Positions 51,454-64,000 of a DNA stretch of 64,000 bases are shown one piece after another (within the stretch, counting starts at the first letter, position 1; each line of letters begins with the position of its first letter). The stretch covers positions 124,001-188,000 of the forward strand of contig NW_026861919.1 of NCBI RefSeq assembly GCF_026571515.1. The letters are read 5' to 3'. Position numbers and translations under genes: made by a program. This DNA comes from Ruditapes philippinarum. Taxonomy: Eukaryota. The notes under the pieces were generated by a model that did not search any database, was not told the DNA's origin, and was given only the letters and a program-made list of their open reading frames with translations.

Positions 51454-54400
51454 TATAGTTGCGAAATAACTGCTTATACATCGAGGCCATTGCAGAGAGA
51501 TTTTGTAAAAATGATTGACCATTAGCCATCTATCATCAATTGTTAAAATACTCTAGCTATCATTTCTTTTCAGATCACTTATAAAACATATACTTGACGG
51601 GACAAATCGCTTATGCGTCGTTAACTAATTGATCTCGGGGAAAAATGTTTGAGACGATTGTTTTTTATAATAGTTATCATACAATATTTATGTATAAAGA
51701 CACGTATTCATCAATAAAGTTTGAAAAATGTGATTATCATTAAATTTTTGGATCGAAATAATATTTTTGCTTTTACGTCTTACTAAAAAAGTATAGGTCA
51801 TATGGCTACTTACAAGCATTATGGTAAGGGTGAACCACGGGTGTCATTCCGTTTGTGTTGTTTTTTTTTCATGGACGAACGGGATTCAAATAATACATAT
51901 TTAGGATCTTAATTCACAATTATGTTAAAGATCCTTACGTCTAAAAACATACAAATATTCGTTTGCTTGTTAAGTAGTAGGCTGCACGCTTCTATTTTGA
52001 TTATTTGATATCTGATGAACAGGTAAGAAGAGGTATAGTTTATTTTCTTTACGACGTTTACCTGTCTATATAATCGCCAGTAGTCTTACAAATTAATGAG
52101 TATACATATCAACGGTTCTCATATAATGTTCTCTTTAAATTCTGTTTCAGTAAATCGTTATTAATTAACATACATGAAAATAAGAGCGAATGAGATTAAC
52201 AAGCGAGGTTTTACGCAAACGTAAAATAGCTACGAAGAAATTGGTTATATGGAAAGATTACCTGAAGAAGGTTGTGATGAATGAAAAATGATTTGTCATA
52301 AAAGTAGCAAAATGCGATAGTAGTATTTGAAATCTGTTCAAAATATTAGATTAGGCACCTAAAATCATCGGCAAAATATGGTGCATTAATTTACTTTTTT
52401 TACCAGCAGTGCATTTATTTTTAGGAAATCATATGAAAAAAAATGTTTCATTCCTGGACTGTCAAGTTATCTCGACTATCCAATCACTTCTTCAAGTTCC
52501 ATATGCATAAGGTCCCTGCGCTGTTGCAGTTTTGTCCAGTGCAAAATAGTACCCCCTTTAAATAGAAGCTTAAAGTTCCTGTAACACAATATTTCTTATG
52601 GTTTTAAATCATAAATATGATGCTCAAATTAAGACTTATCAATATTGTAGGTTCCAAAAAGCATTATTTATAAAGATATTACCGAATTTAACATTTCATG
52701 TAAATAAAGGGAGGTAATAAAAAAAGTTTTCTATAAGGTTTATGTCAAATTTTAAAAATAAGAAATGAATGCATATGTTTTAATGATTACATATAATATG
52801 CACAAATATTTGCAGTACATATTTAACATATTCTTCGATGTTTGAAAATTGTTTTCTTTGCATAATTATGTAGATATATATAATTTCACTTAGTGTGGTT
52901 TACCACTTTGATCACACATACAGGATCTTTAATTCGATGCGTCATCATTTGCTGTGATTTTTCAGTCTGGTTCAATATTATTAAGACTCAAAAAGCTACC
53001 TCATTATAGGAAATAAACCCACTATTGTTTACTAGATAAGAACATATTTTTCGTCAAATGAACAACACTGTAAATATTCAATGTTTTGCAATAAATTGAA
53101 AAACAGAGAAGTGGCACAGAAATGTTTAAAATTGTATATGAATGTTTTTATTTACTTTGCAATAATTTTCCTACACGCAAAATTAACAGTGTTAGCCATT
53201 AGCTGGTTAAAACATGTAAAACCTAGTATCCCCAACGGTACACTAAACATTTTTTTATTGAAACACGAGGCATAATTCTTATAAATATAAGGATAATCTC
53301 GAATTAACAATTTGTCTTAAAACGTCACAATTAAATCTCACCTTTTCATGGACTTTCATTAGTCTAAGAATACAATTATTCAGAATTAATACAAATGAAA
53401 CACGTATACAACTATAAACTACTATTTGCCATCAGAAATACCTCTGATATTGAACATACTTTGTTCGTGCTGATTTATATCTCTCATTATACAAACTTTG
53501 TAAATGTTTTATTCTTGCGGTCAAATTCATATGAATAAATTCTGATAATTTGTATGCAACTTGATAATCATTACTTAAAATTAAATATAAATGTTCTTAG
53601 ACACTATAATATGAACATACAGAGAAGTCCAAACATGTGCAAAAGCTGAATCAACTCTAAATGTTATTCATGCTAATTTTCAAACGAGTGTATGAAAGTT
53701 TTACATGAAAGTTCTGGAACAATCGCACATACAATAGTTTCATCTTTTTTGGTTGACTCACAACGTCTAGGGAACCAATTCTATTTACTTATGTACATTG
53801 CAAATTAATAAGTTCAACTTCATGGTCCCTCCTACACAATCAGTTTATTTTTATTTTTGAAAGCTTTCATATCAAATAACTTTAATAACACGTAAACTTT
53901 TATTTAAAAGCTTTTCGTGCTAATGATGTTGTATTTTATTCTTTTCTTTCTTTTTTAATCTTTGCGAGAAATGTCAAACAAAATATATATAATGTGAATT
54001 GATATTGCTAAAGTAAAACGACGCAGTTTTTAAATTACACAATTAAAATTGCTAAACAATTAAGATTTTATCATATTTTAAACAATTCTTTGTCAAATAA
54101 ATTGCGCCTGCAACATTTTCAATTTTGTCGTTTTGGCCGTTCTTTAGAGATTCCGTATTTCTCTATTCTCTTGTTTTAGTGCATACGATATGATATTATC
54201 GTTTTCTTAAAGCAATCTTTTTATTATGTAAAGAAAATATAATTCTAAAACGGCAGTAAACTAGCAGACGTTTACATATGTTTATAGAAATAAAAAAACA
54301 ACACCCCTCATGCAGTCAACAACTATTTGTCTTATTCGGCCTTGTTTCGACATGTTCTCATCTAATTATCAAGGAATTATATGACAAATAAATAATAAGA

Positions 54401-57400
54401 AAATCATATGATATTATCTAAATTGTATGGCAATCGCACTTCAATAATTTCAGTACTATAAATTTTCATTTTACATAAGCCATATCAAATCTTAATAACA
54501 AATATATAGCAGCCATAATATTATAGTTTGCTAGTACATGTACTTTATTTTTTACGAGACTTTTAGAGATTTTATACTAGTAATCGGCGGTATTGCACGG
54601 TATTTAAGGTGTTCAGTTAACGTTTAAATTGAACGACGATGTGCAAATGCATAGCTTTTAATCTAAGATTGTTTACAAGCATGACATTTTTATCCAATAT
54701 TTTTCACATTCATTGATTTAATCTAAAGTGGTAAATTTACCCTTACTAACACGTGAATAGTGACATAAAAACTTGTTGTAATAATAATAACATTTGCCTG
54801 TTTGTTCCATTCTCTGTTTTATTTGATCTTTTCTACAAATGTCAAGCAGTCTAATGGCCTAATTCTTATTTATTATGCATAAGGCGCTTACAGATGTCAT
54901 CTGGAGAGACTGAAATTCCATCGTTTCCCAACGTAAGCGTTAATCGACGAGTAAAGAAGTTCACACAACGGAAATAATATTAGTTCAATCTTATTTCTAA
55001 ATGTATTTCGAGACATTTTATCATTTTCCCTAAATATTTAATGATAATGTGTTTCATTTGCAGTTATGCTTGTGGGAGTGGACAGTAGCTTACAGTTACA
55101 ACCACCGTTCATGAACGGGCTCAATCAAGCCGAGTCTGCAACAATTTCAAATTTGTCGTTTTGGGCGTTCTTTAGAGATTCCATTTTACTCTATGTCATA
55201 AGGTCAACAATAAAGATGTAACTTTAATCAATTTGATAAAAATCAATTTGATAATTAGATCAGGTAAACGTAACTTCATTTTGTCAAAGATAATTATGTT
55301 GTGAAAACAATTCTTTCTCACAGAAATTTATCTTGTTTATTAAATATGAATGTATAAACCTAGTGTGATTATATTCGATCAATAGAGTAAAAATATGTTA
55401 TAGAAACAAGTACTTACAATGATTAGCAATCGCAAACACTAACATACTAATATATTTAAACATTCTATAGCAAAGTTAAATAACGGAACACTTAATCTTT
55501 GAAAGATATTCGTTTACAATTGAGTTTAAGATATTATTTAGATTTATATGATGCGTAAAATATATGTTGAATTTGTCAAAATGAAACCGGCGGCAATTTG
55601 ACAATATACATTTAATTGTTCTATGCATCTTTTTGTGATTAATTAATCCCAACACTACTGCAACTAATAAGGCGCTTACATAATATAAAAGGAGTACAAG
55701 GGGGTTACTCTTTTACTGATACTGAAAACAATGTTTTATTATGGTAAGTGTTCTGTTAATCAATATGTTTACGGCAAGTCGGTAAAACAAAACAAAAAGT
55801 GGGGAATATGTATTCCGTATCACGCCGTCTGTTTCAATCTACTTAATCCTGAATATAGCTTAATCGTTCCCTGTTCAACAGTAATGTTTAAGACGTTTGC
55901 ACAATGTATCTAGACACTTTGCCTTTATTGCCCCAAAGGGAATAAGATTCTCTTTACGATATTATTTTTAAGCTCCGTTCTTCCTTCTACCCATCGGTCA
56001 CTTTAGTACTGTATCGAATAGTTCAGCACCTTATGGCGGAGGGTTTGCCTTTACGGATTTAGGCAGCAGGATTGAAGCCATCTTTTTAAGTATATCTTAC
56101 CTACAGCAGGTGAGGTAGTTTCAACCTTTGGTTTTGCTTAAGCTTGTATCCGGGGTTAGCCATTCCTGTTTAGGTGCCATATGACCTTGATGCGCTGTAA
56201 AACCAAACAAAAACTAACAAAAATTATAAGTTTAAAAGCTTAACATATCACAACTGACACCGGATGAGCTAAAATTCTAATACCTGTATGGCGTCAAAGC
56301 TATATTTTCACAACAGTCACACATTGACTTAAGGTAGACCATGGGTAATGCATTACCTCCACTTTGAAGAGTATTCAAATAGGCTAGAATCACTTGCCAA
56401 CTACAGTGAAATTGAGGGGCGTTGGTTTAAACCTCAAAAGGGGCAACTTTTTTTCTTTCTTTTTTTCTTTTTAACATTATTTATGCATCCCTCTCTGATC
56501 CCTTATGGAAGAAAAAAGTGTTTGATTTAAATTATATAATTATTGTAGGTATTTATTTGCTAGATAATGCCAAAATTTATAGCAAATATGATACCAGATA
56601 TTTATAAAGTTCAATAAAATAAAAACTGCATGGTAAAAGTATTTTATATTTTGCATGATCAACCAATGTACCTTTGAGAAAATTTAGGGAAACTTTGAAA
56701 ACAGCCCCTTATTGTGGTAAATTGTAGGGATATTTTGAATATGGCTTTCCGAGTCTGCAATTCTTATGTTATTTTGTTGTGATTAATGCTTCCGAGGGAT
56801 CACTTTAGAATTTTTCTATATAGGGAAATGGTCAAATTAGTGTTTAAAGTGAGTGGGGTAGGATTTCATTTTTATACATATTAGGAACATTTTGTTTAGA
56901 AACAAACATTTTGCTTGTGTAATTTGTAACCTGAATGTAATTATTTGTTTCTTAACAATGAAAACACTTTTCATAATGATGGTATTATAGATTATTTAGA
57001 GTTTCCTCATTTCTGAAAATAAGCCCTTCTAATGGCAAAGTCTTAGTTCAGAAATATATCCATAACTCATAAACCGAACGGTAAATCTTATTTAAAATTT
57101 GCATACAGGTGACCTTGAAGACATACAACTGTCCTATGTTGTCAATTTTACAGTTCCTTTTAGTGCCCATTACCTATGGTCTGTCTACCTTAAAGCAAGT
57201 GATATGTTCAATTGTTTATCTAATTTTTGTATGAAATATTCTGTCGAATGTCTAAGCTAAACCGCTAAATTTACATTTGAAGCTTTTTTTTTACAATAAA
57301 ATACAATTTTCAACTTTCTGTTTTAAGCATTTGTAAGTAAAATATGGCAGAACTATTCTAAACGAAACAATAACAAGCAAACGTATTCACATGATTCCTA

Positions 57401-60400
57401 GTTATTTGAACTTCAAGGTAATTGCCATCGTCGGATACCCACGGCCGAACAATTAACATTGATCAGCAGAGGGAGTTTTCGCCGATATCCAGTCGATATG
57501 ACGTGTGTCAAATACAGCTTTTTATTGGTTGCCTCACGATTACGCGATTAAAACCGATAAAAACGCTCGTTCTATACGACGTTTGGTGAATTAATTCTAG
57601 AAAAAAATATTACTATTGTGCACTTTGCTCGTTAAGAATAGTCTTGCCTTTTATATTGGCAAGACACTTGAATCAGGTTACCAATGTGGGCGCTGCTGTT
57701 TTGTTTCTCATAGTTGTTTACTTTTGGGGGCAGGGGACCTAAAATTGAACAATTGTATAGTTCAGTGTGGCCAGAAACACAATTCCCAAATATTTCAAAG
57801 TGTGTTACACAGGCAGATGCCAGTTGCAAAGCATTATTTAAGGATATATGACATACATAGTAGAAAATACTAGTTGGCATGCATCTTCATGAAGGTGCAG
57901 CATACTCTAGAATTCGCTAGATTCCTTAAAACATATCACTTACACACAGTGCAATCGATGACATTTTCAAAAATGACCAAGAAAAGGTCTGTCATACGTT
58001 TAGATTTTTAACATAAATTACCTAAAGGTTCTTACTTGTTTGGCGCCAACTGTCAAAGCTTGATTTTAATTTTTTCACCTCCATTCGGAGAGTCAAAAAT
58101 ACATACAAAGCTACCAAAATGCTATTTTTTGGGTAAAACCAAAAAATACTGCTCATTTCCTACACATAAACATGAAAGAATTACAATGACAGAGAAATAG
58201 TAACAGTTTTCAGTACCTTAAACACAATGTCAGACTAATGAATTAATTTGACCGGGGCCTTCAATCGAATATGTCCCCTGTCCCCTTTGCTGTCGAAGTA
58301 TATAAATTTTGCTTATTAATAACACGATTTTATTGGTCGATATTTTACTCACCTATTGCTGTATATCGACGCAATTTGATTAATTTTACCCAATGTTGAT
58401 GACATGTTAATCAACCGTGGGCATCCGACGATTGGTATTTGATATAGTCGTCTACTTAAAACAAACCATTCTTATGTTAAGAAAATATAATTCTGAGACG
58501 ACAATAAACAAGCAGACGCTTACATATGTTTTATTGCCCCCATGACGAAAGAATTTTCATCAAGTTGAAGAGTAGACATCCAATGTAGACAACAGCCTTT
58601 TCTCAAATGTTATTTGTAATTATATATCCATTCTTTTTGTCTTTTAGATCTCTTTACAGTCTGTCTTGACTTTTAGTAAGATTAATGGTGCTTGAAATAT
58701 CCTAGATAAAACCAAATTATAGTTAATAACTTTACCATAAGAGCAAGATGAATTGTTTTAATTTAATATAACTTTTCTATTAATGACATTACTTTATAAC
58801 ATTAACTGCTATACCATTTGCCACATTGGTTGATAATATTCACTCTAAATATGGTGAAAATGTTTTTTATCCTTACAGTAATTTCATGATTTTCTGAAAT
58901 GAATTTAAAAATTAAGACGCGAATTCATCAAACAACACTCGTACAATCAATGAAACGATATTTCTATGCAATAATGTACTAGTTACTTTGATACTTACTT
59001 TGCCAATATTAGAGGTTATTATACATTGTTGAGTAGACTACTGAATTATGTTGGACGGGTACACAGTTGTCGGCAAGGTGCTAGCTGAGTTAGTCTGACA
59101 TTGGTTTTTCAGCTGTGTAAGATTATCAGAAGCAGTATGTTTCCCAACGGAGTAAAATCATCTCTTTATTTTACACCACTGTTTGTTTAACATTCTGACA
59201 CATGTTTTTAATACAATTACTTTAAGGATTTTATATGAATTTTGGAGTTTCTAAAATGAAAATATTAATGGAATAAAGAGAACGATAAGCACTTGATAAG
59301 ATTTGTTGGTCTATATGCGGTACTATAAGGATTTGATATGGACTTATGGACTCAAGACATTAAACGATGCTACACTGATAAGATTGGGTCATATAGTGAT
59401 TTGTATTATAGCATCACATGATGCAAAAACTGAATGCTCCTTGATCATTTTAGAAGGTGTGAAATCAGAAAGATATGATTATATTTGGCCATGATCACAG
59501 TTTAATCATATTACTCTACAATTAGTTTATTTTGTCATCCATGCCCCCAACATAACTCTCCAAGTAAGATATTTCTTTTTAAAAAATATTTACTGTCTTA
59601 GACTATACATCAGAGTAAAGCATTATATATTTATTGAATTCTGACACTGGCATAACTTCCTTTTTAACTTTCAAATTCTAAAAGTAAGCGATTTGTTCTT
59701 TACTTACTGCTTGATAGAGTATAAGGTTTTTTTCCTTTAGGATGAAATAAAAAGAAGTTTGTGAGAGTATCTCATTCTTTCGCAACTGCGTTTCGGTACA
59801 GAACGTTTTTCGGGCCGAGACAATGATTCCTATTACGTTTAAATATCATTCTAAACAATATACCATACGTGCTTATATGGCGTAAAGATTTCTTTTTTGT
59901 TTCATGTTCTAAAAGATCGGTAACATAAAAACTTTGTCTTGAAGTCGTCAGAGTTTCTGAATAAAACTTAATATATTTCTTGTTTAAATATTATGTTAGT
60001 ACCTTGGAATAATAGAATGATTTATGATGAAATAAATCATCATCATTTTGACAAAAGTATAACAAGGTACGCAAATTTGTCGAGAAGCAAAAGTAAAAAA
60101 AAATGTCTAATGCCTTTAGATAAATTTTAACCAGTCAAATTTATTTTAAAAAATCTAATGTTAGTGAACGTATCGGTTGGTTTATTATTACATGTATTTT
60201 GACAGCTCTTGTTTGGATTGAGTCTAATTTGTTGTGCATTTACCCTTTCCCCCAATACATAACAGCAAAACTCACCAGAAAGATGTACTTGTTATCTCGA
60301 TATAAAACAATCTCATTTGCGTCAGTAAGGAAGATAACGATAAATTGTTTAACAATGCAAGTTGAGCAATTAGTATTTTACAGAGTCTTTTTATAATACC

Positions 60401-60629
60401 CGTTAAATGTATTTTCTACTAAATTGTCCATTTATTTTTGAACTGTAACATTTTCTAGGGTTTAATAATGGTCATATTGGTTTTTGTTGTTGTTGTTGTT
60501 GTTTTTCATGAAGGAATATAGGATGAAGTGGAACAATTATTAAAGATTTATCAAAATGCTAAATTTTCCGTTTTTGTTTAGCTTCATCTATCAAAAAAAC
60601 ATTGTACGTGTATACTGTTATATAAAAGT

Positions 60630-60970
60630 ACATTAATTTGTATATGTGAGTATTAACATAACAAATTCCTGTTCACTTTCTAATTCCGTGTAAACTTATA
60701 TCGGTACGTCATACAAACAAAACACAAATTGACAACTTTCATTTATTTATTATCCCATCAATCAAGGAATAACACTTTGGATGACAGTTTTTCTGTGCTT
60801 AGACTTCTTTAAGGAAATTGATTTCAGATAATAGACGATAAGACGATTTGAATTGTTATTTTCGCGTCTTGTCTGAAATAAATTGACTGAAAGCAGAGAT
60901 TCTGGCGTTTGTTAATTTGTGATGAAATGGGACTGACAGACTATTTATAATGATAATGGTAAGTTAGAGG
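60630..60970 (+). repeat. Conserved block C, copy 5 (cleanest): TACGTCA site, ends ATGATAATG|GTAAGT
   Basis: Donor-like GTAAGT at 60959-60964; near-identical to the reverse complement of 785-1135. Confidence 0.8.
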
Positions 60971-61409
60971 AAAACATCTTAAAATGGCTTACTGTCAAAT
61001 GATGAAAAGCTACAGGAGATAGATGTGATCCAATGTTCAAGTGTATGTATTCATATTGTCGAATGGTACTGAAGTTGTTGAAAAGAAAACTAAAATTGAA
61101 GAAAATATGAATAGTTATCTTTAATATAGCAATAGATTGGAACATTAAGTAGGAAAACTAAAATAAAGAAAATCTGTACACGATGATAGCTTTGGTTTAC
61201 ATTGGATAAGAATGTAAAATCCTATGTTTTACAATTGATGCATGCATTTGAATATTTTGTAAATACATTTAAAGTTTAAAAGAAAATAACAGCTATGTAA
61301 GAATGTTAATTGATACTATAACGAAAACAGTTCCATTTTATAAAACGCGATTAATTTAAGAGGATTTATAATTTATTAGCAAATTAAAATAGATAAGCAA
61401 AAAAGAAAT

Positions 61410-62722
61410 AACAAGAGACATATTAACATGGCCATCCCCCGCCGATTGTGTTTGCTCATTGGAAGAATGTATATGTAATAGAGCAGAATTGTAAGCGGTC
61501 TTTAAGTAATGAAAACTGATGGCTGAAGTGATTACAGATTTGAAACCTATGTGAATACTGATGGCTAAAAATAACAAAGGGCAATAATTGAAAAATAATG
61601 CAAGGTAGAGTTATCATTCTTGTGTGCACTCCTCCTCAATGAGATCCATACACCTATGAAGTTTCAAGTTGATACCTTTAACACTTTTTGAGATAAGCTC
61701 CGGACAAAAAGTATGAAAAATAACAAAGGGCAATTTTTCAAAAATTATAAAGGGTAGAGTTATAATTCTTGCTCACAACATTCCTCCTCAATAAGATAAA
61801 TCTACCTATGAAGTTTCATGTTGACATCTCAACGACGTTTCGAGTCATGCTCCACTCAGGGGAAAAATTAAGTATGACAAATATCAAAGGGCAATAACTC
61901 AAAAATTATGAAGGGAAGATTATCATTCTTATACACTGTATATTTCCTGAGTGAGATCTATCCACCTATGAAGTTTCATATCTCAAACTTAAGGCTTTTT
62001 GAGTTATATTCTGGACAAAAATTAAGTTTGAAAAATAACAAAGGGCAATAACTGAAAAATTATGCAGGGTAGAGTTATCATGCTTATGCACTGCACTCCT
62101 CCTCAATATGAGCTATGCACCTGTGAAGTTTGAAGTTGGGTCCTCAAATACTTTTTGAGATATGCTCCGGACAAAAATGTGGGACGGAATGACGGACGGA
62201 CGACAGGACAGATGTACGGACGGACAGAGATCAAATTATATTTTGAGTTTCAAGTGAATACCTTATATAGTATATACTTAATGAGTTACTGTCTGGACAA
62301 AAAATAAGCATGAAAAATAACAAAGGGCAATAACTGAAAAAATATGCACAGTAGCGTTATCATTCTTGTGCGCTGCACTCCTCCTTAATAAGATCTATCC
62401 ACCTATGAAATTTAAAGTTGATAACCTGTAATACTTTTTGAGATAACCTCCGGACAAAAAGTATAAAAAAATATATAAGGGCAATAACTCAAAAATTATA
62501 AAGGGTTGAGTTATCATTCTTGTGCACATCATTCCTCCTCAATAAGATCTATCCACCTATAAAGTTTCATGTTGACATCTCAACGATTTTTTGAGTTAGC
62601 TCCACTTGGGAAAAAATAAGTAAAAAAATAACAAAGGGCAATAACTCAAAAAATATGAAGGATAGAGTTATCATTCTTGTGCACCGCACACCTCCTGAGT
62701 GAGATCTATCAACCTATGAAGA
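61410..62722 (+). mobile_element. Helentron/HINE-like element with ~150-160-bp tandem core repeats (copy of 31232-32572)
   Basis: AAAGGGCAA unit anchors near 61575, 61725, 61886, 62040, 62321, 62477 and 62632; GGAC microsatellite at ~62182-62226. Confidence 0.82.
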
Positions 62723-64000
62723 AATTCCAAAATTACAACACGAAGATACAACCTTGATTGAGTGATAGCTTTATATATATTTCTTTGTAATACTGTTACA
62801 CTGGAATATAATGATTTTTCATGGACCTATTTTTTTATTTTATGAATTTTGATTCGATCAGTATGCTGTTTTAAAAAGAATATCTGTTACATTGAAAGGT
62901 AAACAAAAACGTTCATTCGAGGCCCTGTGATATGTGAGGATTTCTATGTGAATGAAAAACGGAACGTTTTATAATTTCTTATGTATCATTTTAGTGATAA
63001 GCCTGTCCGTGCTCTGCCTTGTGTCCTTTCCCGTTATTGTTTAAGGTGTTAAAGGCTCCTTGCTGCTGGTTCTTGTTCCTGGGTCGTGTTTGGGTTGAGT
63101 TCATTGAACGCTGTCTTTCCTTGTTGAGCTTGTTTATCATATTTTAGATTTTATTACAAAACAGAAATATATCGAGTATTTTGGTTCGGCTTTACGTTAC
63201 ACTAACAAAGTAGAGTTTTGGCAGTTTTCCAATTTTACTGGTGGGGGAAAGACTTTGGCCCTCGAAATATTTGAACGAAACGACACGGTAGAACCCCCCA
63301 TTTCGCCATTTTCTTTTAAAATGTAAAATTTTGTTAGCGGTGATAGGAACGTGGACGGATTTTCAATTTCAAGACGCATGAAACCGGCTAAAATAAACCC
63401 GACCTTAAAATTTTCCATTTTTCACGCCCTTTAGGCATTTGTTTTTTACTTTCATTTTTTTTTCTGAAAAAAACAAATTTTTAAAAATTTGACAAAAATT
63501 TCATTTGCGATGATAATAACTATTTGACTGTTTTATCAATTCTATTTTTAAAATTTTTTAAAATTTTTTAAAAATGTAAAAACCTAAGGGCTAATAGAAT
63601 TTTCAATTGATTTTTTGAAATTCTAAAACCCCTCCTACACATAAAATTTTTTAATTTAAAAGTTCCCCTACACTTAAGATATCAAACCCGATGCGTTTGT
63701 TCCCATCTTTATTTTTTTGATCATTTTTATAAAATGTTAATTCTTAAATGACAATTAAAATGCTAGAAATTTAAATTTTATCTTATTTTTTTTCATTTTT
63801 TTTAAAATTACATTTTGCCATAGATATAATTTGAAAAAACGATTTTTGGGGTTCTTCAATTCAACATTATTTATATAAAGTTCAACTAAAGGGTTTTTTT
63901 TTGTATTTATGTTAACTAAAATTATTTCTCAAAAGGAATTTTCCTAAAAAAATCATTTTCCCTTTTCCAAAAATTTTTCCTGAATTTTTAAGGAAAAATA

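Larger units (their letters stand above)
41178..64000 (+). repeat. Copy 2 of the ~23-kb direct duplication (runs off the window end)
   Basis: Colinear with 10878-33930. Confidence 0.92.

Noticed and set aside
57945-57985. CACAGTG heptamer as a V(D)J-like recombination signal (also ~27717, 12382)
   Set aside because: No nonamer at 12/23-bp spacing at 57945 or 27717 and no association with the cassettes.
61560-62720. CRISPR-like or coding tandem repeat
   Set aside because: Units are ~150-160-bp homologous monomers without unique spacers, in a eukaryotic context; typical satellite core of Helentron-like elements.

Overview
AT-rich eukaryotic genomic DNA. The SINE tails, Helentron-type satellite elements and CR1-like LINE suggest a bivalve mollusc, but this is inference. 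I found no intact cellular protein-coding gene. The only convincing coding remnants are a 5'-truncated non-LTR retrotransposon ORF (47379-48062, minus strand) and a mariner transposase N-terminal fragment (from 51006). The window is built almost entirely from duplicated sequence. (i) A ~23-kb direct duplication (~10.9-33.9 kb vs ~41.2-64 kb) whose copies differ by several clean TE insertions and by error-like indels, so it may be two haplotypes or an assembly artefact. (ii) Older multi-kb inverted paralogous blocks. (iii) An older layer of ~1-kb modules that each end in the motif (T/A)TGTAAGCGTCT, usually preceded by GGGGCAATA and often by a splice-acceptor-like TTGCTAG. About 30 such motifs are co-oriented within each block: + at 1.7-17.3 kb, - at 20.8-36.2 kb, + at 38.8-46.2 kb, - at 50.2-58.5 kb. 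They look like an array of short (9-67 nt) exon cassettes of an unannotated, probably non-coding or decayed, multi-exon locus. A ~340-bp block recurs five times and is better conserved than its flanks; it has a CRE-like site and an opposite-strand donor. Function cannot be established from sequence alone. Repeat boundaries were judged by eye and are approximate unless a TSD or TIR is quoted.
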